A stretch of DNA of 64,000 nucleotides from Candidatus Entotheonellaceae bacterium (lineage in GTDB: Bacteria > Tectomicrobia > Entotheonellia > Entotheonellales > Entotheonellaceae): the NCBI GenBank assembly GCA_965238075.1, contig OZ250173.1, positions 3,008,001 through 3,072,000 of the forward strand, read 5' to 3'. Made by a program: the position numbers and the translations under genes. The notes under the pieces are model-generated. The model had not been told where the DNA came from. It was given only the letters and a program-made list of their open reading frames with translations, and searched no databases. Position 1 is the first letter of the stretch; every line of letters begins with the position of its first letter. Positions 31,696 to 40,480 of the stretch are shown here, in pieces.

Positions 31696-32490
31696 ATGAG
31701 TCTGTCAGACCTGGAACGCTTGTTCGGCCTGCGTGGCAGAGTGGCGCTGGTCACCGGTGCTTCCAGCGGCTTGGGCAAGGAATTTGCCAGAGGTCTGGCG
31801 ATGGCCGGCGCCGATGTCGCCGTTGTAGCAAGGCGGTTGGAGCGCTTGCAGGCGGTGGCCGCCGAGTTGGAGGCATTCGGTGTGCGGGCGTATCCCGTGC
31901 AGGCTGACCTCCAGCATGAGGAGCAGATCGAGGCGGCCGTCCGGGAGGTGCATGACGTGCTAGGCCCCATTGACATCCTGGTCAATAATGCCGGGATCGC
32001 GCCCGTGGGCCGTGCGGAGCGCCACGATCTGGAAAAATGGCAGCAGGCGCTGGACGTCAACCTGACGGCGGTATTCTTGTGCTGCCAGCACGTCGGGCGT
32101 CGGATGATCGAGCGCGGCCAGGGTGGGCGCATCATCAATATCTCCTCGGTGCTCGGGGAAGGGGCCAACTCGGTGCACCGGACCGTCGGTTACGCCGCTA
32201 CCAAGGGCGCCGTCACCAATCTGACCCGGCAACTGGCGGTCGAATGGGCGGCCCACGGCATCACGGTAAACGCCCTGGCACCGTCCTGGTTCCCGACCGA
32301 AATGATCACCGATCCCCGCCTGGGCCGGGTACACGACGAGCAGCGGACGCGCATGGAGCAATTCACGCCCCTGGGGCGCCTGGGGAGGGAGGGGGAGTTG
32401 CTGGGCGCCATCATCTACCTCGCCTCGCCCTCCGCATCGTACGTGACCGGCGCCGTGCTGCACGTTGACGGCGGCTGGCGAGCCTGGTAG
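31696..32490 (+). CDS. SDR family oxidoreductase
   Basis: TGASSGLG, NNAG, YAATK, VDGGW. Confidence 0.93.
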   Translation: MSLSDLERLFGLRGRVALVTGASSGLGKEFARGLAMAGADVAVVARRLERLQAVAAELEAFGVRAYPVQADLQHEEQIEAAVREVHDVLGPIDILVNNAGIAPVGRAERHDLEKWQQALDVNLTAVFLCCQHVGRRMIERGQGGRIINISSVLGEGANSVHRTVGYAATKGAVTNLTRQLAVEWAAHGITVNALAPSWFPTEMITDPRLGRVHDEQRTRMEQFTPLGRLGREGELLGAIIYLASPSASYVTGAVLHVDGGWRAW

Positions 32491-32578
32491 CTGGGAAAAT
32501 CGCCGCCTTAACGTCTGACTTCTGGGAGGATACGTCTGTTGTCGGGCGGTTTCGTTCGATGCGGAGCCAGATGGGGGC

Positions 32579-32608
32579 TTGCCCTGCGGAAAATACCTGT
32601 GGTAGAGT
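32579..32608 (+). promoter_or_regulatory. Putative promoter of the cysH leader
   Basis: TTGCCC-18nt-TAGAGT with extended TGn. Confidence 0.55.
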
Positions 32609-32651
32609 ACCTAATTACCGTTCAGATTACTTCAAAAGGCAATGACTGCTC

Positions 32652-32774
32652 ATGACGGATATTTCCACGACGAGTTACCGGTTTTCTTCCACGTCACTGT
32701 GTACCCATGAGACTGGCGGCGCGTGTTGTCGCGGCACGGTTTGCTGCGTATGTCAGCCACGGGGGTGTGGATGA
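32652..32774 (+). CDS. Cys-rich leader peptide (40 aa), probable attenuator peptide
   Basis: Manual translation MTDISTTSYRFSSTSLCTHETGGACCRGTVCCVCQPRGCG*; AAAGG at 32635-32639. Confidence 0.75.
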   Translation: MTDISTTSYRFSSTSLCTHETGGACCRGTVCCVCQPRGCG

Positions 32775-32797
32775 AGTAAGCCGTTTTGTCCGTCGTT

Positions 32798-32843
32798 AAA
32801 ACCGCCCACTCCCTGCCGTAGGTGAGTGGGCGGTTTTTATTTT
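32798..32843 (+). terminator. Intrinsic terminator within the cysH leader
   Basis: AAAACCGCCCACTC...GAGTGGGCGGTTTT followed by TATTTT. Confidence 0.85.
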
Positions 32844-32895
32844 GTTGCCGGTTAAGTCTTGAGCCTCGGCATTGCATAGATGGAGGAGTTAAAGA

Positions 32896-33681
32896 ATGGG
32901 TTTTAAACGGATCCGCTTTGACAAAAGTGAAGTTGATGCCATGGCCGCCAGATTCGCCGACGCCGACCCTGAGGAGGTGATCGCGTGGGCTTTGGGGGGT
33001 TTCGGTGACGCTGCGGTGGTGGTCACCGGCTTGCAGGCGGAAGGCATGATTATTTTGGACATGGCTTGCCGGCTTCGGCCTTCGGTTCGCGCCCTCACGG
33101 TGGACACGGGCCGCCTCCCTCAAGAGACCTACGCATTTATTGACCGCGTCCGCGACCACTATCCGGCGATGCGGCTGCGAACTCTCTTTCCCGACCACCG
33201 CGACATCGAAGCATTCACCCGGGAAAACGGCGTGAACCCCTTTTACAACTCGACGGACCTGAGGATGCAGTGCTGCAACCTGCGCAAGGTGCGCCCGTTA
33301 GCGCGCGGGTTGGAAAATGCCGATGCCTGGTTTGCGGGGTTGCGGCGCGACCAAAGCTCCTCGCGATCTCACATCAAGAAAGTAGAATTGGATTACACGC
33401 ACGGCGGCATTGTGAAGCTCAACCCACTTGCCGATTGGACCAAGGAAGACGTGTGGGCGTATGTCCGCGAGTATGACGTGCCTTACCACCCGTTGTACGA
33501 GCAAGGTTATCCCAGTATCGGTTGTGGGCCCTGCACGCGCGCCACGTATCCCGGCGAGGATGATCGGGCCGGGCGCTGGTGGTGGGAAATACGTGGCGTA
33601 AAGGAGTGCGGTATCCACTTCTCCCCCGTCACGGGCCGCACCGAACGGAGCAATGGCGCCTTCGTCGCAGCCATGTCGTAG
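32896..33681 (+). CDS. cysH: Adenosine 5'-phosphosulfate reductase (4Fe-4S type)
   Basis: VDTG, CCNLRKV, GLRRDQS, SIGCGPCT, ECGIH. Confidence 0.95.
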   Translation: MGFKRIRFDKSEVDAMAARFADADPEEVIAWALGGFGDAAVVVTGLQAEGMIILDMACRLRPSVRALTVDTGRLPQETYAFIDRVRDHYPAMRLRTLFPDHRDIEAFTRENGVNPFYNSTDLRMQCCNLRKVRPLARGLENADAWFAGLRRDQSSSRSHIKKVELDYTHGGIVKLNPLADWTKEDVWAYVREYDVPYHPLYEQGYPSIGCGPCTRATYPGEDDRAGRWWWEIRGVKECGIHFSPVTGRTERSNGAFVAAMS

Positions 33682-33706
33682 AACCCGGTATGCGACGGCA
33701 GCCTCG

Positions 33707-33736
33707 TTGACATCCTTAAGGCTCGGCACTTATAAT
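33707..33736 (+). promoter_or_regulatory. sigma70 promoter upstream of the dksA-like gene
   Basis: Perfect TTGACA-18nt-TATAAT. Confidence 0.8.
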
Positions 33737-33837
33737 GTCGCTCTTTTTTCCGTGAGAGGCGGTTATCAGAACTCGTTTTGCCGGCCTCTCCTGAACACGT
33801 TTTGCGGTGTAAGTCGTTATCAGAGGGTGGCAGCGTC

Positions 33838-34215
33838 ATGGCAGAATCATACGAAAAGATACGGACGGATTTACAACAGCGGCGTCAGGGTATCCTCTCA
33901 AAAATTTCCGACGAACAACACCTGCAGGCGATTGATGATGAGGCCACCCACGGAGATTCCCTCGATATTGCCAGCAATGCCCGCGACCGCGAAATTACGT
34001 TCATGCTGAAAAGCCGCGAGTTGGATGAGTTGCGTGCCATTGAGGATGCCCTCGAGCGCATGAATCACGACGATTACGGGATTTGCGTGAACTGCGAAGA
34101 CCCGATCGAAATCAAGCGCCTTGAAGCGATTCCGTGGACACGTTTCTGCCGCGGTTGCCAGGAAGAAATGGAAAGCCGCAAAGCCGGCGGACATCTGAAT
34201 TACGACGTGTCGTAA
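33838..34215 (+). CDS. dksA: DksA/TraR C4 zinc-finger protein
   Basis: DSLDIA coiled-coil tip, YGICVNCEDPI...RLEAIP...CRGCQ. Confidence 0.85.
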   Translation: MAESYEKIRTDLQQRRQGILSKISDEQHLQAIDDEATHGDSLDIASNARDREITFMLKSRELDELRAIEDALERMNHDDYGICVNCEDPIEIKRLEAIPWTRFCRGCQEEMESRKAGGHLNYDVS

Positions 34216-34233
34216 CTACTCTGAGCCTCCCTC

Positions 34234-36741
34234 ATGGCAAGCGACGCCGAGCTCGCTCAATCATCCGCTTCTGATTCCACGCCCCTATCCACATCATCCC
34301 CTTGCATCGCCAAGGTCGTCGTCGAGCTTCCCCTCGAAGATCCGCTTGACTACCGCATTCCGCCAGCCTTGCAGGAGTATTGTGCGGTCGGCCAACGCGT
34401 GATGGTCCCGGTCGGGCACCGGGAACTGCTCGGCTACATCGTCGGACTTGCCTCTCACAGCGCCGTATCCGATCTCAAACCGTTGAATGAGGTGCTGGAC
34501 GAGACACCGGTGGTCTCGGCCGACCTGCTGCGGCTAACGAAGTGGGTCGCCGACTATTACCTGTGCTCGTGGGGTCAGGTCCTGAAGGCCGCCATACCCG
34601 AGGGCTTACGGGAACGCTCGGTCACCGTTTACGACCTGACGCCCGAGGCCCGGCAATCCCCCTCGGCATGGCCGGTGGGCAGGGCAGGGGAAGTGCTTCG
34701 TTGTCTGGAACGCCAAGGCGCCTCGCGCCGCCAGGACCTCGCCAAATCCGTTGGCACGGGCAACCTCGCGGGTTTGCTGCGGCGTCTGCAAGATCAAGGA
34801 CTCATCAGCCAGACTCGCCAGCGCCATGCTCCCAAGGTACGGGAACGCACGACGACCATGGTGCGCTTGCTCCCCACGGCTGACGCCGCCCGGACCCTTG
34901 TGGAGCAGATTCGACCCCGCGCCCCGAACCAGGCGAAGGTCCTGGCTTTACTGTTGGAACAGCCGGCATGCGATTTGAAGACGCTGCGGCGTCAGCTTGC
35001 GGGCGCCCCGGCTGCCGTCAAGCGCCTGCAGCAGCAGGGGCTCGTGGAGGTATACGAGGTCGAAGACCTGCGCCGGGTCGTCCCGTTGCCGCCCGACCAG
35101 CCGGCCTCGTTGCCTGTCCCGAATGACGCCCAACGGTGCGCTCTGGAACAGATCGAGGCCATCCTGGCGGCACCAGACGGGACACCGATTTTGTTGCACG
35201 GCATTACCGGCAGCGGCAAGACCGAGGTTTACATGCGCGCGATTGCCGGCGTGCTGCGCCAAGGCAAATCGGCGCTCGTCCTGGTGCCTGAAATAGCTCT
35301 GACCGACCAACTCGTGCAGCGCTTTGCGGCCCGTTTTCCTTCCCGGCTCGGTGTGCTGCACAGCGGCCTTTCCGGCGGGGAACGCTTCGACGAATGGCGT
35401 CGTCTGGCGCGCGGCGAAGCACAGATTGCCATCGGAACCCGCTCGGCAGTTTTCGCCCCGATGCAGCATCTCGGCCTTATTGTCGTTGACGAAGAGCACG
35501 ACACCTCCTACAAGCAGGAGGAAACGCCGCGCTACAACGCCCGGGACGTTGCCATTGTTCGCGCTCAGCAAAGCGGGGCGGTGGTGGTCCTGGGTAGCGC
35601 AACCCCGGCGGTGGAATCGTTTCACAATGCCCAAACGGGCAAGTACCTGCTCCTATCACTACCCCATCGTATTGACGACAAGCCTCTGCCGGCGATCACG
35701 CTGGTGGACCAGCGGGAGCACACGGCGCCGAACGAACGCATCGTGTCCGACCCGCTGCGGGAAGCCATCGCCGCCTGCCTGGAGCGCCGCGAACAATGCC
35801 TCATTCTGATTAACCGGCGCGGTTTTGCCGCCTACCTGCAATGCCGTGATTGCGGCTCGGTTCCCTACTGTGAACATTGCAGCGTGGCGCTGACGTATCA
35901 TCGCGGCACCCACAGGCTGCGGTGCCATTACTGCGGCTTCAACCAAGCGGTGCCGCCGTTCTGCGCGGGGTGCGAAAGCACGTCAATGCGGCCCCACGGC
36001 CTCGGCACCCAGCAGGTCGAATCGGTGCTGAGCGCGCTGTTTCCCGAGGCGCGCCTGGCGCGCATGGACCGTGATACCACACGCGCCAAGGCGGCGCATC
36101 AGCGCATTCTCCGTGCCCTGGGCAACGGCGACATCGACATTCTGGTTGGCACCCAGATGATTGCCAAAGGGCACGATTACCCCAACATCACCCTGGTCGG
36201 GGTGGTGTCCGCCGACGCCAGCCTCTCGATGCCCGACTTCCGGGCGCCCGAGCGCCTGTTTCAACTCCTGACCCAGGTTGCCGGGCGTGCTGGACGGGGC
36301 CAACGCCCCGGACGCGTGCTCATGCAGACTTACCGCCCGGAGCACGACAGCGTGGCTTTCGCATACGGGCATGACTTCACCGGCTTTTTTCAACTCGAGA
36401 TCGCACGGCGGCAGTCCGTTCTCTACCCGCCGTTTTCCCGCTTGGCGCGCTTGATTGTCGAGAACCCGAAGGCCGAGCAGGCGGAGGCAACCAGCCAGCG
36501 AATCGGCGAAACGCTGCAACGCCAGATTCCGCCGCGCTCTGATGTGACCATCCTGGGACCGGCCGAGGCGCCCATCGCCCGGTTGCACGACCGCTACCGC
36601 TGGCACCTCCTTGTGAAGAGCGTGTCGAGCAAGGCGTTGCACCAATGCCTCACCGCTGGATTGGCCGAGGCCCGCCGGCAAAAGGCGTTCCCGCGTTTGA
36701 CGCGCGTCAGTGTGGATATTGATCCGGTCAGTTTTCTGTGA
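34234..36741 (+). CDS. priA: Primosomal protein N'
   Basis: GITGSGKTEVY, DEEH, four CxxC, QVAGRAGR, DIDP. Confidence 0.97.
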   Translation: MASDAELAQSSASDSTPLSTSSPCIAKVVVELPLEDPLDYRIPPALQEYCAVGQRVMVPVGHRELLGYIVGLASHSAVSDLKPLNEVLDETPVVSADLLRLTKWVADYYLCSWGQVLKAAIPEGLRERSVTVYDLTPEARQSPSAWPVGRAGEVLRCLERQGASRRQDLAKSVGTGNLAGLLRRLQDQGLISQTRQRHAPKVRERTTTMVRLLPTADAARTLVEQIRPRAPNQAKVLALLLEQPACDLKTLRRQLAGAPAAVKRLQQQGLVEVYEVEDLRRVVPLPPDQPASLPVPNDAQRCALEQIEAILAAPDGTPILLHGITGSGKTEVYMRAIAGVLRQGKSALVLVPEIALTDQLVQRFAARFPSRLGVLHSGLSGGERFDEWRRLARGEAQIAIGTRSAVFAPMQHLGLIVVDEEHDTSYKQEETPRYNARDVAIVRAQQSGAVVVLGSATPAVESFHNAQTGKYLLLSLPHRIDDKPLPAITLVDQREHTAPNERIVSDPLREAIAACLERREQCLILINRRGFAAYLQCRDCGSVPYCEHCSVALTYHRGTHRLRCHYCGFNQAVPPFCAGCESTSMRPHGLGTQQVESVLSALFPEARLARMDRDTTRAKAAHQRILRALGNGDIDILVGTQMIAKGHDYPNITLVGVVSADASLSMPDFRAPERLFQLLTQVAGRAGRGQRPGRVLMQTYRPEHDSVAFAYGHDFTGFFQLEIARRQSVLYPPFSRLARLIVENPKAEQAEATSQRIGETLQRQIPPRSDVTILGPAEAPIARLHDRYRWHLLVKSVSSKALHQCLTAGLAEARRQKAFPRLTRVSVDIDPVSFL

Positions 36742-36808
36742 CGGAGCGGGCTGGAAAACGAGCCATGCCTGCAGGGGCGGATCCGCTCCCCACGAAAAGG
36801 GTTTTACT

Positions 36809-36845
36809 CCCTCTCCCCTGGTGGGAGAGGGTTGGGGTGAGCGGG
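36809..36845 (+). repeat. CCCTCTCCC/GGGAGAGGG REP-like repeat
   Basis: Near-identical inverted copy at 39492-39528. Confidence 0.8.
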
Positions 36846-36931
36846 AGGGAGATCAGGACCATGTCCGGTAGGGGTTGTTTCTTACCCGTGGTCGAATTCC
36901 TCATCTCAAACCGCAACCATGACTTTACTGA

Positions 36932-36991
36932 GAGCATGTTTGTGAATAGCGGCGCTCCCAGGCGGGGGCAGGATCATTCACAAACACCCCC
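36932..36991. mobile_element. 60-bp MITE with 3-bp TGA flanking duplication
   Basis: Imperfect 16-bp TIRs containing perfect TGTTTGTGAAT/ATTCACAAACA; TGA at 36929-36931 and 36992-36994. Confidence 0.7.
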
Positions 36992-37232
36992 TGAGGCAGC
37001 GATGCTTGCCGGCGTCAACGATGGCCGCGGCTACTTGGGGCGGCAGCGGGTCGCCTCGGTCGCGGTAGGACTGAATGAACGCCGCCGCTACGCTTTGCAG
37101 GCTTTCCAGTGCCTGCACGGTGGTGTCGCCCCAGGCTTGGCAGCCGGGCAGGGCGACGATCTCGGCTAGGTACTTGCCTTCGGTTTCATCCGACGGTTCC
37201 CGCAGGACGGACGGTAGTCTGTACAGGTCCAT
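36978..37232 (-). CDS. HicB-family antitoxin, 3' end altered by the MITE
   Basis: EGKYLAEIVALPGCQAWGDT...GDPLP. Confidence 0.8.
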   Translation of the reverse strand: MDLYRLPSVLREPSDETEGKYLAEIVALPGCQAWGDTTVQALESLQSVAAAFIQSYRDRGDPLPPQVAAAIVDAGKHRCLRGCL

Positions 37233-37470
37233 GTCGAGACTCCCCAACGCATTCTGCAAGCTTGATTCCTTCGGCAGTCTGTCGTATTTCCCCTGCTGTA
37301 TCAAGGCCGACAGCAGGCAGAGAAGCCCTTACTAGCCCTGGAGAAACCATGACCATCAACACACTCCGAGCGTACTGCAATGAGAGTACGAAAGTATCTC
37401 AGAAGCAGGCCCTTGGACGGGTGGAGGACTTCGTGATGACGAAGCGTATGGCTGACGAGGGAAATCCTGA

Positions 37471-38841
37471 ATGAGGATACGTAAAAACCGTCCTTATGGG
37501 GCGAGTTCAAAGTGGGAACGGCTGGCCGATGCGGGACCAGGGCCTATCAATGTTTATTGGGATGCTGCATTCCTCTCCCGATGCAGTGAGCGGGAAGCCT
37601 GTGCCTGGCTCGAGAACCGGCCTGTGAATTACAATTCTCTGACTGGGGTACCCGAAACGCCTCCAGAAAGCCACGTCCTCGAATATATCCTGTATCGACG
37701 GGACTCACCCCTAGTTGATCTTATACTTGCTAGGTATGGGCGGTCTCGGTCCGTGCTTGAACGAGTGTTCAGGCGTTCAACTTTATCCATAAGAGCCGTT
37801 GCCTGCGGTAACCCCTCCCTTTTCTACGGCGAAAAGGTGCGATTCACGACCTCTGCCCCTGAAATCTTTCTGCCTATTGTCACGCATGGTTCTCTCGCAG
37901 AGCTTCGCGCGATCTGTGAGAACCTACACATGTTCAGTAATTTTTATGCCTACCTTGCTGAATGTTGGGAGGGCTGGGGACATACGCAATTTAATCCTGA
38001 TACGCAGGTATCAGACGACCGCTTTAAACGCATACTGTTTTTCTTGAGTCAAAACCCCCGCATTTCAACGCCATTTGAGGAAAGTAAACAACGTGGCTTT
38101 GGTTACGAATTTCCTGTGGTACGGGAGTACGAGGAACTACAACAAAAATGTTGGGAACTTGCAAAAGTCATCCCGGTTGAACGAGAGTGGGCATACATCC
38201 TTTCTGAACTCTATCGGAATCTCTGGGACGGACATTATAACTTCGATCATATTGAGGCAGTGTTGGATCGCTGGCGTCCAGCGAATGAGAGCTTCCATGA
38301 GTTTGAAACATCCCCTTTTGAACGGATAAGGGAAGAGATCGCGGCCAAGTTTCTTACACCGAAAATCGAGATGTTGAACAGCGATGATCCTGCAATGAGA
38401 AAAGCCTTCTACCGCACATTTGATCCTGAAAGACCCTACTATGAAACAGACCGGATTGAGTGGCGTGAAATGGACTGGACCGAGTGGCTTGCACGCGATG
38501 AATACTGCCATTTGTGGCTGGAATCCAATCAAAAGATCTGGCAGTCACCCCTTGGTCGACGGAAGTTAGAAAACTTGCTCTGGCATGCCTCTCGTAGAGA
38601 TCACTCAGACTTGGACTTCTTCAGAGAACGAGAGGAAGAATATCGAAAGACAAACCCAGAGTGGTTCGAAAATGAAGAGGAACAAGAAGAATACCATGAA
38701 CCTGAACCTGATCGACTTGGGAATCTTGAGCGCGCGATCGAGAATCTGGGAGCGGCATTCGGCCAGCGACGTGCTACCGACGCGATCTGGTTCCTTGTCG
38801 CAGCGCTTATCGGATCTTTCGTTGGGGCGGCGATCTGGTAA
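37471..38841 (+). CDS. Hypothetical 456-aa protein, lower GC, C-terminal TM anchor
   Basis: Long ORF in AT-richer DNA with short alternative frames; acidic stretch then AIWFLVAALIGSFVGAAIW. Confidence 0.8.
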   Translation: MRIRKNRPYGASSKWERLADAGPGPINVYWDAAFLSRCSEREACAWLENRPVNYNSLTGVPETPPESHVLEYILYRRDSPLVDLILARYGRSRSVLERVFRRSTLSIRAVACGNPSLFYGEKVRFTTSAPEIFLPIVTHGSLAELRAICENLHMFSNFYAYLAECWEGWGHTQFNPDTQVSDDRFKRILFFLSQNPRISTPFEESKQRGFGYEFPVVREYEELQQKCWELAKVIPVEREWAYILSELYRNLWDGHYNFDHIEAVLDRWRPANESFHEFETSPFERIREEIAAKFLTPKIEMLNSDDPAMRKAFYRTFDPERPYYETDRIEWREMDWTEWLARDEYCHLWLESNQKIWQSPLGRRKLENLLWHASRRDHSDLDFFREREEEYRKTNPEWFENEEEQEEYHEPEPDRLGNLERAIENLGAAFGQRRATDAIWFLVAALIGSFVGAAIW

Positions 38842-38931
38842 TGATATCTGAATGAAAAACGGCTCTGATCTCCTCTTCTGTTGCCTATTTGGTCATCTTG
38901 TCATCCGGTCGATAAAACAAAAGGACACCGA

Positions 38932-39480
38932 ATGGCGATATTACCCATCCGCACCTACCCGGATAGCGTGTTGCGCCGCAAGGCCCAGCCGGTCGAGAGT
39001 ATTGATGACGCGCTGCAGCAACTGATCGACGACATGATCGAGACCATGTACGCGGCGCCGGGGATCGGGTTGGCCGCGCCCCAGGTTGGTGTGTCTTTGC
39101 GGGTTTTCGTCGTTGACATTACTAGCGGCCAGGACCCGAACGGGGTGATAACGGCCATCAATCCCGAACTCAACGGCCTCGAAGGCCGCCTGCAGGTTGA
39201 CGAGGGGTGCTTGAGCCTTCCCGGCATTTACGGCCCGACGCCGCGCGCCGCCGAGGTGCTGTTACGGTGCACCAACCGCGCGGGCGCAGCGGTCGAAATC
39301 CCCGCACAGGACCTCCTGGCGCGGGCGTTTCAGCACGAAACGGACCACTTGGAAGGGCGCTTTTTCTTCAACCGCATGGGACCTGTCGGCCGTGATATCG
39401 TCCTGCGGAAATTCAGGCGCGCTCAACGCCAGTCGCAGGGCAAGGACAACCAGACACTTTCGAATCAAGACGCCTTGTAA
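38932..39480 (+). CDS. def: Peptide deformylase
   Basis: GIGLAAPQ, EGCLS, HETDH. Confidence 0.97.
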   Translation: MAILPIRTYPDSVLRRKAQPVESIDDALQQLIDDMIETMYAAPGIGLAAPQVGVSLRVFVVDITSGQDPNGVITAINPELNGLEGRLQVDEGCLSLPGIYGPTPRAAEVLLRCTNRAGAAVEIPAQDLLARAFQHETDHLEGRFFFNRMGPVGRDIVLRKFRRAQRQSQGKDNQTLSNQDAL

Positions 39481-39491
39481 TCCGGGGCTTT

Positions 39492-39528
39492 CCCCCTCAC
39501 CCCAACCCTCTCCCGCCGGGGGAGAGGG
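39492..39528 (-). repeat. CCCTCTCCC/GGGAGAGGG REP-like repeat
   Basis: Inverted copy of 36809-36845, lying between def and fmt. Confidence 0.8.
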
Positions 39529-39541
39529 AACGGAGTCATCC

Positions 39542-40480
39542 ATGCGGGTCATTTTCATGGGCACGGCCCCTTTCGCCGAGCCGACGTTGCGCGGCCTGTT
39601 CGGCTCGTCTCACGACGTTCTGGCGGTTGTCACGCAACCGGACCGGCCGCGCGGCCGCGGCCGTAAACCGTCGCCGTCGCCGATCAAGACATTGGCCATG
39701 ACGCATGATTGTGCCGTTTTGCAGCCGGCGAGCCTGCGCCGGGACGCGGTTGTTGTTGAGCATCTGTCGTCCCTGCGTCCGGAGGCAATCGTGGTCGTGG
39801 CCTATGGCAACATTCTGCCGCTGTCGGTGTTGGAAATTCCGTTGCATGGCTGCATCAACGTCCACGCTTCCCTGCTGCCGAAATACCGCGGGGCGGCGCC
39901 GATCAACTGGGCTCTGATGCGGGGGGAAGCCGTGACCGGCTGCACGGTGATCCAGATGGACGAGCACGTGGATACGGGCGACATCTGGTGGCACGACGCC
40001 TGCGACATCACGGCGGACGATGATGCCCTGAGCCTGGGCACTCGCCTGGCGGATCTCGGCGCCGCCGGCCTCCTTGAGGTGCTTGCGGCCATCGAACAGG
40101 GGACCCTGGCGCCGCGTCCCCAACCCGAGGACGGCGTCTCGTATGCGCCAAAGCTGACCAAGGAATTGAGTCCTATCGCCTGGCAGCAACCCGCCGCGGT
40201 GGTACACAATCGCATTCGCGGCCTGGTTCCGTGGCCGGGCGCCACAACCCGTTTCGGCGACCTGGACGTCAAGCTGTGGCGCACCGCCGTCCACGACGAA
40301 CCCCATGCGGAGGCGCCGGGCACGGTGACCGCGGTGACGCCGGAGGGGTTGCTTGTCGCCTGCGGCACCGATCAGCTGTTCATCCATGAGCTTCAGCCAG
40401 CCAATCGGCGCCGTATGCCGGCATCCGACTTTGCGCAGGGCTACCGCGTTCAGCAGGGGCAATGGTTTGCCTGGAATTGA
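39542..40480 (+). CDS. fmt: Methionyl-tRNA formyltransferase
   Basis: FMGT, TQPDRPRGRG, INVHASLLPKYRGAAPI. Confidence 0.97.
   Translation: MRVIFMGTAPFAEPTLRGLFGSSHDVLAVVTQPDRPRGRGRKPSPSPIKTLAMTHDCAVLQPASLRRDAVVVEHLSSLRPEAIVVVAYGNILPLSVLEIPLHGCINVHASLLPKYRGAAPINWALMRGEAVTGCTVIQMDEHVDTGDIWWHDACDITADDDALSLGTRLADLGAAGLLEVLAAIEQGTLAPRPQPEDGVSYAPKLTKELSPIAWQQPAAVVHNRIRGLVPWPGATTRFGDLDVKLWRTAVHDEPHAEAPGTVTAVTPEGLLVACGTDQLFIHELQPANRRRMPASDFAQGYRVQQGQWFAWN

Noticed and set aside
32642-32710. Alternative uORF MTAHDGYFHDELPVFFHVTVYP in the cysH leader
   Set aside because: Its ATG is only 2 nt from the AAAGG, it has no Cys codons, and it ends far from the antiterminator.
32610-32845. SAM-I riboswitch or T-box upstream of cysH
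   Set aside because: I could not find the SAM-I ATC..GAG/GAT core or the T-box GGTGG.ACC motif; the Cys uORF explains the leader better. An Rfam scan would be decisive.
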